Part shown: piece by piece, positions 63,812 through 64,000 of the stretch
Numbering within the stretch: position 1 is the stretch's first letter
Layout of the letters: each line of letters starts with the position of its first letter
IMG/VR virus record: IMGVR_UViG_3300033074_001257
Span: 1 to 64,000 of that record
Direction: 5' to 3' (one strand)
Source of the DNA: a virus
Taxonomy: Duplodnaviria > Caudoviricetes
DNA length: 64,000 bases
The notes under the pieces: generated by a model
What the model saw: only the letters and a program-made list of their open reading frames with translations
The model's database searches: none
Told to the model about the DNA's origin: nothing
Made by a program: the position numbers and the translations under genes

Positions 63812-64000
63812 GTACATGTTCTGACGCAGCAGCCCATACGACATCGCGTAGGCAATCAGCGATATGGCTTGCTTGATGTTGTGCTTGTGGAACAACCCAA
63901 GGCAGTAGGCGATATAATGGCTGATCGTAAGGCTTGTCAGTGCCGACTCTTTGGTTGCCTTGGGCAGGCTTGTGAGGTTCACAGTGTCAAACTCGATCAT
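63788..64000 (-). CDS. Hypothetical protein (5' end may extend beyond the window); its stop codon is supplied by the IS right end
   Basis: The ORF runs to the window edge; its TGA is the reverse complement of TCA at 63788-63790. Confidence 0.55.
   Translation of the reverse strand: MIEFDTVNLTSLPKATKESALTSLTISHYIAYCLGLFHKHNIKQAISLIAYAMSYGLLRQNMYDEKNIYK

Noticed and set aside
1-64000. N-terminal terL piece (RQxGK plus IntN1), gp16, gp14, gp15
   Set aside because: No such motif in any listed ORF; presumably outside the window

Overview
This is a 64-kb segment of a large T4-like (myovirus) bacteriophage genome. It carries replication and late-transcription genes (gp33, gp59, gp32, uvsY, a glutaredoxin, a Pif1/RecD-like helicase, primase gp61, RNase H) and most virion morphogenesis genes (gp18, gp19, PAAR, gp25, gp6/7/8, a VrlC-like protein, gp54, gp2, gp4, gp48, gp53, gp27, gp5, portal, gp68, gp21, gp22, gp23, gp3, gp13). 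There are also two clusters of LamG-like accessory virion genes. The standout feature is the large terminase (gp17), which is fractured into at least three separately encoded, out-of-order pieces joined by two different atypically split inteins. The C-terminal piece (IntC2 plus C-extein) lies upstream of gp18, the middle piece (IntC1-extein-IntN2) lies downstream of gp19, and the N-terminal piece is not in this window. Other notable elements are an ~1,840-aa protein with a C-terminal PARP-like H-Y-E ADP-ribosyltransferase domain; a tnpB-only IS200/IS605 element with a rearranged RuvC site, inserted silently into a stop codon; and an HNH endonuclease cassette flanked by a duplicated terminator. 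All homology calls come from motif recognition by eye; no database searches were run.
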